Source: an uncultured Pirellulales bacterium (lineage in GTDB: Bacteria > Planctomycetota > Phycisphaerae > Sedimentisphaerales > SM23-30). From it: a stretch of DNA of 64,000 nucleotides. Positions within the stretch are counted from its first letter, which is position 1. Each line of letters begins with the position of its first letter. The stretch is taken from assembly GCA_964580995.1 (NCBI GenBank), contig CAZOMV010000007.1:11096-75095 (forward strand), read 5' to 3'. The notes below the pieces were generated by a model. That model was not told the origin of the DNA. It saw only the letters and a program-made list of their open reading frames with translations, and searched no databases. Below, in pieces: positions 18,562 through 27,516 of this stretch. The translations under genes and the position numbers were made by a program.

Positions 18562-19860
18562 TCATATATTCCACGGGCTGCGGCGCGATCGGGAAAGCAA
18601 ACGATTGCCTTCTTCACAATTGGTGAACCGTTCCTGAACCGGATCCCAGTGCAGGGGCAGGCCCAGTTGATACGCCAGGTTGCCCAGGTGGCAAACAGTA
18701 ACGGACCGGCAGCCCGTCTCCACATCACAGATGGGTTTGCTGCGAGTGCGGATGGCCTGGAGCCAGTCGGCATAATGATTGTCACTTTCGTATAAGTGGA
18801 TCTCATTGGGGCCGATGACCTGCCGCATCAGGCTTTCGGGCCAGGTTTGCAGATAGCCCCGGTTTACTTCCACTTTTCCTTCGGTTCCGGTAAAGAGGGT
18901 ACCATTGGCCTCATCGCGGGTCATAGTCACACCATTGGCGTATTGGTAGGTCAGGACTTTATAGTCCTTACCATCCGGCGGGATGATCTCCACCGGCCCG
19001 CTCTCATCCATCCCCAGACCCCACTGGGCAATATCGAAATGATGGGCGCCCCAGTCCGTCATGCCGCCTCCGGAATAATCCCGATACCCCCGCCAGTTGG
19101 GATAGATATCGATGCTGATGTGAGGGGCCAATTCCGAATGGAAGGGCCGCCAGGGAGCCGGTCCCAGCCACCGGTCCCAGTCCAGGTAATCCGGCACCGG
19201 CTCAGCCGGCAGGAAACATTCTTCCGAGGGACCGCCGATATTCACGGTAACCGTTTTCAACTCTCCAATATAACCGTTCCGCACCAGCTCGCAGGCAAAC
19301 CGGAAACCCGACATGGAACGCTGCATGCTGCCAGTCTGAAACACCCGTCCATACCGCCGGACCGCCCGGGCCATCGAACGGGCCTCCGCTATGGTTAGGG
19401 ATAGAGGTTTTTCACAGTAGATATCTTTGCCAGCCTGGGCGGCTTCAATCACGGGTATCTCGTGCCAATGGTCAGGAGTCGCAATCACTACCGCATCAAT
19501 ATCGTCCCGTGCCAGCAGTTCCCGAAAATCCCGATAAGCGGCACATTCCATTTTATTGGATTGGCTGGCGTAATGGTTTTGGGTGATTTCCTTGGCACGA
19601 TTCAACTTCAGGTTATCTACATCACAGACCGCCAAAACCTGGGTGCCGGGCGTATTCAGAAAAGCGGACAAAAGTCCGGTTCCCTGTTTCCCCACCCCAA
19701 TAAAACCCAGGTTAATCCGGTCGTTAGGGGCGATAATACCCGTTCTGCCTAAGGCAGAGGAGGAAATTATGTGAGGAAAACTGATAGCACCTAACGCGGA
19801 GGCTATCGTATTTTTCAAAAAATCACGACGCGTTCCTTTCACCTTGCTTTTTTTCGGCAT
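18562..19860 (-). CDS. TAT-exported Gfo/Idh/MocA oxidoreductase (paralogue 4)
   Basis: TAT signal TRRDFLKNTIASALGA, Rossmann motif GFIGVGKQG, and block ATPDHWH...YCEKPL. Confidence 0.9.
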   Translation of the reverse strand: MPKKSKVKGTRRDFLKNTIASALGAISFPHIISSSALGRTGIIAPNDRINLGFIGVGKQGTGLLSAFLNTPGTQVLAVCDVDNLKLNRAKEITQNHYASQSNKMECAAYRDFRELLARDDIDAVVIATPDHWHEIPVIEAAQAGKDIYCEKPLSLTIAEARSMARAVRRYGRVFQTGSMQRSMSGFRFACELVRNGYIGELKTVTVNIGGPSEECFLPAEPVPDYLDWDRWLGPAPWRPFHSELAPHISIDIYPNWRGYRDYSGGGMTDWGAHHFDIAQWGLGMDESGPVEIIPPDGKDYKVLTYQYANGVTMTRDEANGTLFTGTEGKVEVNRGYLQTWPESLMRQVIGPNEIHLYESDNHYADWLQAIRTRSKPICDVETGCRSVTVCHLGNLAYQLGLPLHWDPVQERFTNCEEGNRLLSRSRRSPWNI

Positions 19861-19988
19861 TCGGGATTACTCCAAAACCTTGGGCAAGATCATTTAACAA
19901 AGACCATGCTTTCTATAATGATTCAAAACCGGGCATGACGTTAGGTCAAAACTTGGGTGAACACAAACTGGCTGGCCCAGGTTTCGAT

Positions 19989-20981
19989 TTATTCATCAAA
20001 CGAGGCGTCAAAGGCTCTTTTAGACGGTTCAAAATCGATGGAGCGGACAAATTCACAGGCTTCCAGGGCGCCGTGCTCGCGATCCATCCCGCTGTCTTCC
20101 CATTCGACAGAAAGAGGCCCGGCATAATTGGCACGGTTCAAGGCCCGAATGATTTCCTCAAAATCAACCCCGCCCCGTCCGAGCGATCGGAAAACCCAGC
20201 CTCTGCCGGGCTGACCAAAATTCAGATGGGAGGCCAGAATCCCGCTGCGACCATCCAATTGCAAAGCGGCATCTTTCATGTGCACATGATAAATCCGATT
20301 GGGAAATTCGTTGATAAAACAGGCCGGGTCAACCATTTGCCAATGTAAATGGCTGGGGTCAAAATTAAATCCGAAGGTCTGGCGATTTTTGACAGCTTCC
20401 ACAGCCCGTTTGGCCGTGATAATGTCGAAGGCGATCTCGGTGGGATGCACTTCCAGGGCGAACTTGACACCGCATTCATCAAAAACATCCAGAATCGGGT
20501 TCCACATCTTGGCAAAATAGGCAAACCCTTCCTCCACCATCTGGTCGGAGACGGGGGGGAAACTATATAACATATGCCAGATGGACGAGCCGGTAAAGCC
20601 GTTGACCACCTTGATCCCCAGATTTTTGGCGGCACGGGCGGAATCTTTCATTGCCTCGACGGCCCAGGCACGTTTCTTCTTGGCATTGCCGACACATTCC
20701 GCCGGTGCGAACATATCGGTACGCGAGTCATCATTCGGATCGCAAACCAACTGCCCAGCCAGGTGATTGCTGATGGCGAAAAGCTGGAGGTCATTTTTCT
20801 CCAGAATCGCTAACTGCTTTTTGCAATAAGCTTTATCTTTGGCGGCCTTGGCAACATCCATATGGTCGCCCCAGCAGGCCAGTTCCAGGCCGTCATAGCC
20901 CCAACCGGCTGCCTTTTCCGCTAAAACTTTCAATGGTAAATCCGCAAATTGTCCCGTGCAAAGTGTTACTGGTCTAGCCAT
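19989..20981 (-). CDS. Sugar phosphate isomerase/epimerase (xylose-isomerase-like TIM barrel), cytoplasmic
   Basis: Sequence [17 protein letters not shown]...[13 protein letters not shown]...[12 protein letters not shown]...YHVHMKD. No signal peptide. GGAG lies 8 nt upstream of the ATG. Confidence 0.85.
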   Translation of the reverse strand: MARPVTLCTGQFADLPLKVLAEKAAGWGYDGLELACWGDHMDVAKAAKDKAYCKKQLAILEKNDLQLFAISNHLAGQLVCDPNDDSRTDMFAPAECVGNAKKKRAWAVEAMKDSARAAKNLGIKVVNGFTGSSIWHMLYSFPPVSDQMVEEGFAYFAKMWNPILDVFDECGVKFALEVHPTEIAFDIITAKRAVEAVKNRQTFGFNFDPSHLHWQMVDPACFINEFPNRIYHVHMKDAALQLDGRSGILASHLNFGQPGRGWVFRSLGRGGVDFEEIIRALNRANYAGPLSVEWEDSGMDREHGALEACEFVRSIDFEPSKRAFDASFDE

Positions 20982-21025
20982 AATTCTTCTCCAAATCGTA
21001 AGTTACGGTTATGTAATGGTTACAT

Positions 21026-22198
21026 TTAACGTTTCATTTTGGTCCATTTGGACTTGCTTTTGGCGCTGGTAAGCAGGGTATCGATAAACAACATGCCCCG
21101 CAGACCATCGTCCACCTTGGGAAAATCATTTTCCAGATCCGTCGGTTTGGTTTTGGCCAAATAGGCCCGCAGCGTATCGGCAAAATTGCAGTAGGTGTTG
21201 GCAAACGCCTCGATGAAGGCTTCCGCATGGCCCGAAGGCAGCCGGGTGCCCCGGGCGGCGGCTTTACTCTTGGCGGCGATATAGCCGTTGCCGCGCCGCC
21301 AAACCTGAAGCGGGGTATCCGCTTCTTTCACATATAAATAGTTGGGATGCTCCTGATGCCATTCCAGACTCTTGTTTTCACCATAAATCCATATGGCCAA
21401 ACCGTTTTCCTCACCGATGGAAATCTGGCTGGCGTGGAGAACACCCCTGGCGCCGTTATTGAAATGAAGCAGGCAGTTGCCGTCATCATCCAGGCGGCGC
21501 CCTTTTACGAATGTGGTCAAATCTGCACATATCTCGGTAATTTTCAGGCCGGTTATGTATTCCGAGAGATTTTCGGCATGGGTCCCGATATCGCCCATGC
21601 AGCCGGCCCCGCCGCTCTGTTTGGGATCGGTTCGCCAGGATGCCTGCATCTGGCCGGTCTTTTCAAGAGGGGTGGCCAGCCAGCCCTGCGGGTAAATCAC
21701 CACGATCTTCCGGATATTTCCCAAATCCCCCTGCCGCACCATATCCCGCGCCAGCTTGACCATCGGATAGCCGGTATAATTGTGCATCAGGCCGAAGACC
21801 TTGCCGGTTTTGGTGACGATTTTCTTCAGATCACGGGCTTCCTGCACATTCAGAGTCATCGGTTTTTCGCACATGACATGGAAACCAGCCTGTAACAGGT
21901 CCCGGGCGATGGGGAAATGCCAGTTATTGGGGGTCGTTACAGCCGCGAAATCAATTCGCTCTTCCGCGGGCAGTTTCAGTTCCTTTTCGATCATCTCGGC
22001 ATAAGTCGAGTACACCCGCTTGGCATCCAGGCATAATTCCTGACCCATCTGTTTGGATTTATCCGGATTGATATCGAAGGCACCGGCAACCAGTTCGATC
22101 CCGCCATCCAGCCGGGCGGCCTTCCGGTGAACCTCCCCGATAAAAGCGCCCGGTCCGCCCCCTACCATACCCATCCTCAGCTTGCGATTCAGTTTCAT
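21026..22198 (-). CDS. Gfo/Idh/MocA oxidoreductase, cytoplasmic
   Basis: Sequence MKLNRKLRMGMVGGGPGAFIGEVH..., with no TAT signal. I prefer ATG 22198 (AAGGAAAAA upstream) over the ORF-track start at 22231. Confidence 0.85.
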   Translation of the reverse strand: MKLNRKLRMGMVGGGPGAFIGEVHRKAARLDGGIELVAGAFDINPDKSKQMGQELCLDAKRVYSTYAEMIEKELKLPAEERIDFAAVTTPNNWHFPIARDLLQAGFHVMCEKPMTLNVQEARDLKKIVTKTGKVFGLMHNYTGYPMVKLARDMVRQGDLGNIRKIVVIYPQGWLATPLEKTGQMQASWRTDPKQSGGAGCMGDIGTHAENLSEYITGLKITEICADLTTFVKGRRLDDDGNCLLHFNNGARGVLHASQISIGEENGLAIWIYGENKSLEWHQEHPNYLYVKEADTPLQVWRRGNGYIAAKSKAAARGTRLPSGHAEAFIEAFANTYCNFADTLRAYLAKTKPTDLENDFPKVDDGLRGMLFIDTLLTSAKSKSKWTKMKR

Positions 22199-22532
22199 GT
22201 TTTTTTCCTTTCGCAAAAAATTCCCGGTCATTTACCTTAAATTATTATAAAATTATGTGAAATAGTGGTTTACGATTATTCCATTGCAGCCTGTCGCAGA
22301 TGCCATAACCTGATGAAACGACTAGTTTTAACTATTAGTGAATATATTTCAATAAAAATTCGCCTCCCTTTCCTCTTTTTCCCTGTTCTCTTCTATGTGA
22401 AACTTCTTCACCAGCATACATCCGTCGGTAGCTTAATTCTACTCTTTTTATTAATTTTGGTTGACAATACCCAAAAAAAACGGGTTAATCTACCAAAATT
22501 AGCCATTGGTAAATTTTATACAAAATTTTCCC

Positions 22533-23543
22533 ATGAAAAAAACATCCAAAGTACAGCCTGCGATTTTTTATGATGTGGACCGGACCTACCGTGCCGACTC
22601 GTGTGAACCGTTGCGGAAAGCCAAGGAAAGAGGGGAACTGGCCCATGCCGCCTTTGCCCGCCGGAGTTATCCGGGGTACAGGCTGCCGCCCAAAATCATG
22701 CCGGAACTCTGCGTGGCCTGTGTATGGGATGCCAAACAGGACCAGACCTGGGGGCTGCCGATGCACCGCAATGAAGGGATCGAATTAGGCTATCTGACCC
22801 GCGGGAAACTCGATTTCATCGTCGAAGAAAAGTTATATAAACTCAAGAGCGGCGCCCTGACCGTAACCCGTCCGTGGCAGCCCCACAAAGTAGGCGATCC
22901 GCTGGTCCATGCCAGCCGGATGCACTGGCTGATCCTGGATGTCGGGGTTCGCCGGCCCAATGAGGCGTGGAAATGGCCCAACTGGTTTACTTTTTCTCCC
23001 GGCGATTTGGCCCGCTTGACGGAACTGCTGCGCTATAACGAACAGCCGGTCTGGCAGGCGAACGAACGAATCGAACGTTGTTTCGAAAATATCGCCGAAT
23101 ATGTCGGCACCGGCCAGCCGGAACAGGTCCAGACGCGTTTGCAGCTCAATATCAACGAATTGTTTCTGGAAGTGTACGAGATGCTCCAGGAGCAGGACAT
23201 TCAGCTCGATTCCCATCTGGCCACCACCAAACGCAATGTCGAGATGTTTCTGGAAGCCCTGCCCAAACATATCGATTACCCCTGGACCCTGGAGTCCATG
23301 GCCAAACACTGTGACCTGGGCCGCTCCCGCTTTACCCACTACTGCCGGCAAATCACCAACATGTCCCCCACCGAATACCTGATCCATTGCCGGATCGAAG
23401 CGGCCAAAAACATCCTGAAATACCATCCCCACAAAAAAATAACGGAAATCGCCTTTTCCTGCGGATTTGAATCCAGCCAGTATTTCGCCAATGTCTTCAA
23501 ACGCTACGTCGGCTGCTCGCCCAAGCTGTTTCGCGCCGGGTAA
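22533..23543 (+). CDS. AraC-family transcriptional regulator
   Basis: Cupin-like N-terminal half plus a C-terminal AraC double HTH (…WTLESMAKHCDLGRSRFTHYCRQITNMSPTEYLIHCRIEAAKNIL…IAFSCGFESSQYFANVFKRYVGCSP). Divergent from the sugar cluster. I prefer ATG 22533; position 22506 is TTG. Confidence 0.9.
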   Translation: MKKTSKVQPAIFYDVDRTYRADSCEPLRKAKERGELAHAAFARRSYPGYRLPPKIMPELCVACVWDAKQDQTWGLPMHRNEGIELGYLTRGKLDFIVEEKLYKLKSGALTVTRPWQPHKVGDPLVHASRMHWLILDVGVRRPNEAWKWPNWFTFSPGDLARLTELLRYNEQPVWQANERIERCFENIAEYVGTGQPEQVQTRLQLNINELFLEVYEMLQEQDIQLDSHLATTKRNVEMFLEALPKHIDYPWTLESMAKHCDLGRSRFTHYCRQITNMSPTEYLIHCRIEAAKNILKYHPHKKITEIAFSCGFESSQYFANVFKRYVGCSPKLFRAG

Positions 23544-23555
23544 CTAAAAGGGACA

Positions 23556-24731
23556 TCAGGAAAGGCCGGATTCTTTCAGCACATCGTCCCTGGGTTCCGG
23601 TTCTTGATGGAAACGTTCCTTCCTTTTTGGGTTCGCCGGTTTTCCCTTACCGCCCTTTTTCGCCGGCTCTTTCCCTTCCCTGCCCGGGACCGATGGGCCG
23701 GGTTTCCTCTCCTCTGGTTGTACCTGCCGTTGATTCATCCATTCTTCCAGCTCCATTCGGGTTCTGGCCAGTTCCTGCTGGGCCGCATCCAGACTCTGCT
23801 GCATGGCCCGCTGTTCCGCCTGGATCTGTTCATATTCCTTCTGGTAATATTTTTGCTCATAGACACGGGCCTGCTGCTGCTCCTCCATTTTCCGGTTCGC
23901 CTCGGCTAACTGGTCCTTTAGTGCCTGGCATTTTTCCGACCAGTTTTCCTGCGTGTGCTGGAATTGCTCCCGCACCTGCTGAAGATCGTTATCGGTTTGC
24001 TGACAGCCGTCTTTCTGCTGCTGGATATCATTCTCCATCTGCTGACGTTCTTCTTTCCAGGCCAGGATTCGCTCTTCGAGCAGTTCATGCGCTTTGCTCC
24101 GGGACTCTTCTGCACGGAGAACCTGTTCTTTCTGCTGCTGCAATTCTTCCTCCATCCGCACCCGATCCGTTTGCCAGGCCTGTATTTTTTGTTCCAGCTC
24201 GCCCCTGATTTCCGCCAGAGCCGCTTCCAGAGCCTTCCGGCTCTGGTCCCATTCCTGGCTTTTCGTCTGCAGGGTATTCTGGATTTGATCGAAGTTTTTC
24301 CGTCCCAGGCGGTGCTGGGCGATTTCCCGCTGGAGCTGCGAATTCAGATTTGCCTTCTCCGCGGCCCATTGCTGGCTGATGTTTTGAAATTCCATTTGCC
24401 GCTGCTGTAAGGCCTTTTCCAACTCCTGGCACCGCCCTCTCTCCTGCTGCCATTGGGTGACAATTTTTTGCTGCTCACCGGCGAATACCCGTTTTTGTTC
24501 TTCGTATTTTTTCCGCATTTCCTCCAGCGCCTTCTCCGTATAACTCCGCGCCATCAGGGTGCTTTGTAAAAGGGCATCGGTATGAATAAGCTGGTTGATA
24601 CGGTACGCCAACTGCCCCTGCAGCTCCCCATGGATCCGGCGCAGGTTTTCTTCATTCTCACATCGTCGGGTCAGTTCCTCAATCAGCTTCTGCCATTCCA
24701 TACTCTCTCTGCCTCTCTGGATCGGATTCAT
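23556..24731 (-). CDS. Gln/Glu-rich coiled-coil protein with basic C-terminal tail (hypothetical)
   Basis: 391 aa, essentially continuous heptad-like E/Q/K/R-rich sequence. The tail is PAKKGGKGKPANPKRKERF. No family recognised, and the start is uncertain (ATG 24731 or 24701). Confidence 0.6.
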   Translation of the reverse strand: MNPIQRGRESMEWQKLIEELTRRCENEENLRRIHGELQGQLAYRINQLIHTDALLQSTLMARSYTEKALEEMRKKYEEQKRVFAGEQQKIVTQWQQERGRCQELEKALQQRQMEFQNISQQWAAEKANLNSQLQREIAQHRLGRKNFDQIQNTLQTKSQEWDQSRKALEAALAEIRGELEQKIQAWQTDRVRMEEELQQQKEQVLRAEESRSKAHELLEERILAWKEERQQMENDIQQQKDGCQQTDNDLQQVREQFQHTQENWSEKCQALKDQLAEANRKMEEQQQARVYEQKYYQKEYEQIQAEQRAMQQSLDAAQQELARTRMELEEWMNQRQVQPEERKPGPSVPGREGKEPAKKGGKGKPANPKRKERFHQEPEPRDDVLKESGLS

Positions 24732-24954
24732 ACATCTTGCTTATCGACAAAGAATGAAAGGCAATTCAATACCATTTCCGGAACCACACTGGATTATAGG
24801 ACCATTATTGCCATATTCGAATCCCTGCCTTTCATACCTGCGTAATTTTTTCCAGGTTGGCCGGCCAAATCCGGAAATACGTTCTGGATTAAAAAACGGA
24901 ACGGATTACAATATAAGACCGATATGCCTTTTTAAATACGTCTTGGAGATACAC

Positions 24955-27516
24955 ATGAAAGCCAAAACACGTTATTTTATGATGGGTCTTATTATATGCC
25001 TGGTCCAAACGTATGGATGCGCCGCTGCCGCCGGGGAACCGGTCGATACCGCTGTCTTATTGCGGAATCTGTACGATCTCGACCAGGTGGCGCTGTTGCG
25101 GGATAGTTCCTGTACGCAGTTTTCCAGCTATGACCGGTATGAAACCAATGCCGATGTCGGTAACTATCTGGCGATAGACGAGAATCGTACCGCCGTCCTG
25201 GCCGATATAAAGGGTCCGGGTGCCATTGTGCGAATCTGGACCCCCACCCCCCAGGGTACCCTTAAAATTTATCTCGACGACCAGCCGACACCGGTTATCG
25301 ATTGTCCCTTTGCCTCCTTTTTCGAGGATCCGCAATTTGCCCCGGTGCGAATACATATCTGCGGCGGCTATACCAGTTATTGGCCCATCCCCTACGCCAA
25401 ATCCTGCAAAGTAATCGTGGAAAAACCCGGCAATTACTTCTATTGGCAGATTACCTGCCAAACCTACCCAGCCGGTACGACGGTGGAAACCCATACGAAT
25501 GATCTTACACCTTCGGCTAAGGCTGAATTGGACAAAGTCTTGCAAGCCTGGCGAAATCCCGCTGATTTTGCCTTGCCCAGAACCAGTAAGTTAGGCGATT
25601 TTGACGGGATTGACCAGACAAACCAGTCGTTGGCACTGGCTCCGGGCGAAAACAGTACGGTCTTTTCCTCCTCTGCTCCCGGCTGCATCGATTCCATACT
25701 TATAAAAACCAGCGCCAGTATCACCGATCTGAAAAAAACTGTCATCCGGGCGTATTGGGACCAGGAAAAGAATCCCAGCATCGAATCCCCTATCCCCGAC
25801 TTTTTCGGTTCCGGTTACGCCAACATGGATCTTGCTTCCCTGCCGATGGTTATGAAACGGGGCGACTACTGCCTCTGCCGGTTTCCCATGCCGTTTGCTA
25901 AATCTGCGAACATTCAAATCGAAAATGGTTCCGAAAATCCCCTGCCAATGGAAGTGATAATTGAAAATCGCAAGATGAAGAATCTCGCACCCAATACGGC
26001 CTATTTCCATGCCCGCTGGCATCGGGAGATAACCCAAAATGGGATTCCTTTCACGATTCTGACTGCCAGGGGCCAGGGCCGGTTCGTCGGCTGTACCCTG
26101 ACCATGCAGGGCGGTGACCGGGGTGCCAGCTATCAGGAAGGCGACGAATTGATTTTTGTGGATGGAGAAAAAACGCCCTCTCTGCATGGAACCGGCACGG
26201 AAGACTATTTCAACTGCGGTTACTATTTCGCCGGTGGTCCCGCTCCTATGCCGCTTTACGGGGCGACTCAATCCAGCTTCGATGGGGTATTTCATTACAC
26301 CTCTGCCTATCGGTTCCATGTGCCGGATGCCATTCCTTTCACCCGGGAAATCGCCGTCCAACTCGAGCACGGCTTTGACCTGCTGGGCTACGACTGGACC
26401 CTGCCCGACAAACCCAAAACCGATAAGTGGTGTTTTCCCGGCTTGCCCTATTCCTGCACCACCTATTATTATCAAAAGAGTCCGCAAAGCGGCAAATCCA
26501 ATATTCCATCTGCAAGAAACCTTGAATATTTCCGCACCCTTGGTGCTCCAGCCCGTGATGCCGTCGAAGCGGAAGACTGGAATCCCCAGGCAACCGGCGG
26601 CCAGTTGCAAATGAAAAAATGGGATGATTTGACCGACGATATTCGCGGCACGATAGTCCCCACCCTGATCCCCGAAACAGCGGATGCGGCCCTGCATTTC
26701 ACCATCCCCGTGAAATATCGGGATCGCTATGAAATCATCGCCTTCCTGGCTAAAGGGAAAGACTATGGAAAATTCACCTGCATGGTCGGCGGCCAGACCA
26801 TCGGCCAGCCGGACCTGTACGCGGATGTTTCGACGATACCTTCCGGCCCGATTTCTCTGGGAGTGGCGGTCCTGGAACCAAGCGATAATTCGCTTACCCT
26901 GAAAATCAGCGGCCCCAATCCGCAGGGCCGCTTACCGAAAATCGGCGTGGACCGGTTTTTACTGCAAAGCCATTCCCCCTGGATTCTCGATTGGCAGGTC
27001 ATCGGACCGTTCGATAACAAAGGCTTTGACATTGCCCTCCCGCCGGGTGCGTCACCTTATGTCTTCAATTTTACCGGCATCGACGAGGTCTTCCCGCCGG
27101 AAACCGATGGTTTCATCGCCAGCAATGGGTATCAGGGCAAAGCCGCGGAAGTCACCTGGAAACGAGTCGCGGCCGAAGGCAACGGCCATGTTGATCTTGC
27201 TAAACATCTGGGTCTGGCTGGCGAAAGCAATACCGGCTATCTCTTCACCCGTATCTTTAGCCCCGCCGAGATGGACACCGAAATGAATGTCGCCCCCAGC
27301 GACAGCCTAAAAGTTTGGCTGAATAACCGGGAAATCTTCCGCTGCGAACTGGTCCGGGATCAAAACCCCGGCTACGGCTGCTGGATGCCCATCCACCTGC
27401 AAAAGGGTGAGAATCTCCTGCTCCTGAAAGTGACCCATTCCCTGGCTGCCTTCTGGGGCTGCTTTACCCGGATCCGGGATGCAGAAAACACCATCCGCTA
27501 TGACGCCGCTCCCTAA
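24955..27516 (+). CDS. Secreted DUF2961 / GH172-like glycoside hydrolase with C-terminal beta-sandwich modules
   Basis: Start is ATG 24955 (GGAG 7 nt upstream), followed by signal peptide MKAKTRYFMMGLIICLVQTYGCAAA. DUF2961 blocks: FHARWHRE, GQGRFVGC, EGDELIFVDGEKTPSLHGTGTEDYFNCGYYF. The ORF-track extension 24595-24954 is rejected. Confidence 0.85.
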   Translation: MKAKTRYFMMGLIICLVQTYGCAAAAGEPVDTAVLLRNLYDLDQVALLRDSSCTQFSSYDRYETNADVGNYLAIDENRTAVLADIKGPGAIVRIWTPTPQGTLKIYLDDQPTPVIDCPFASFFEDPQFAPVRIHICGGYTSYWPIPYAKSCKVIVEKPGNYFYWQITCQTYPAGTTVETHTNDLTPSAKAELDKVLQAWRNPADFALPRTSKLGDFDGIDQTNQSLALAPGENSTVFSSSAPGCIDSILIKTSASITDLKKTVIRAYWDQEKNPSIESPIPDFFGSGYANMDLASLPMVMKRGDYCLCRFPMPFAKSANIQIENGSENPLPMEVIIENRKMKNLAPNTAYFHARWHREITQNGIPFTILTARGQGRFVGCTLTMQGGDRGASYQEGDELIFVDGEKTPSLHGTGTEDYFNCGYYFAGGPAPMPLYGATQSSFDGVFHYTSAYRFHVPDAIPFTREIAVQLEHGFDLLGYDWTLPDKPKTDKWCFPGLPYSCTTYYYQKSPQSGKSNIPSARNLEYFRTLGAPARDAVEAEDWNPQATGGQLQMKKWDDLTDDIRGTIVPTLIPETADAALHFTIPVKYRDRYEIIAFLAKGKDYGKFTCMVGGQTIGQPDLYADVSTIPSGPISLGVAVLEPSDNSLTLKISGPNPQGRLPKIGVDRFLLQSHSPWILDWQVIGPFDNKGFDIALPPGASPYVFNFTGIDEVFPPETDGFIASNGYQGKAAEVTWKRVAAEGNGHVDLAKHLGLAGESNTGYLFTRIFSPAEMDTEMNVAPSDSLKVWLNNREIFRCELVRDQNPGYGCWMPIHLQKGENLLLLKVTHSLAAFWGCFTRIRDAENTIRYDAAP

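Noticed and set aside
22199-22532. TTGACA (22461-22466) with TTAATC 18 nt downstream, as a possible AraC-gene promoter
   Set aside because: The -10 match is poor and the spacing is ambiguous. I noted it but did not call it as a feature.
24595-24954. Upstream extension of the GH172-like ORF
   Set aside because: The extension overlaps the coiled-coil gene's 5' end and promoter region. ATG 24955 has a GGAG RBS and is immediately followed by a signal peptide.
25591-26697. 368-aa minus-strand ORF; likewise the 370-aa plus-strand ORF at 27834..28946
   Set aside because: They are antisense to the GH172-like gene and to the Tyr/Asp-tail protein gene respectively. The sense genes have an RBS, a signal peptide and domain motifs.
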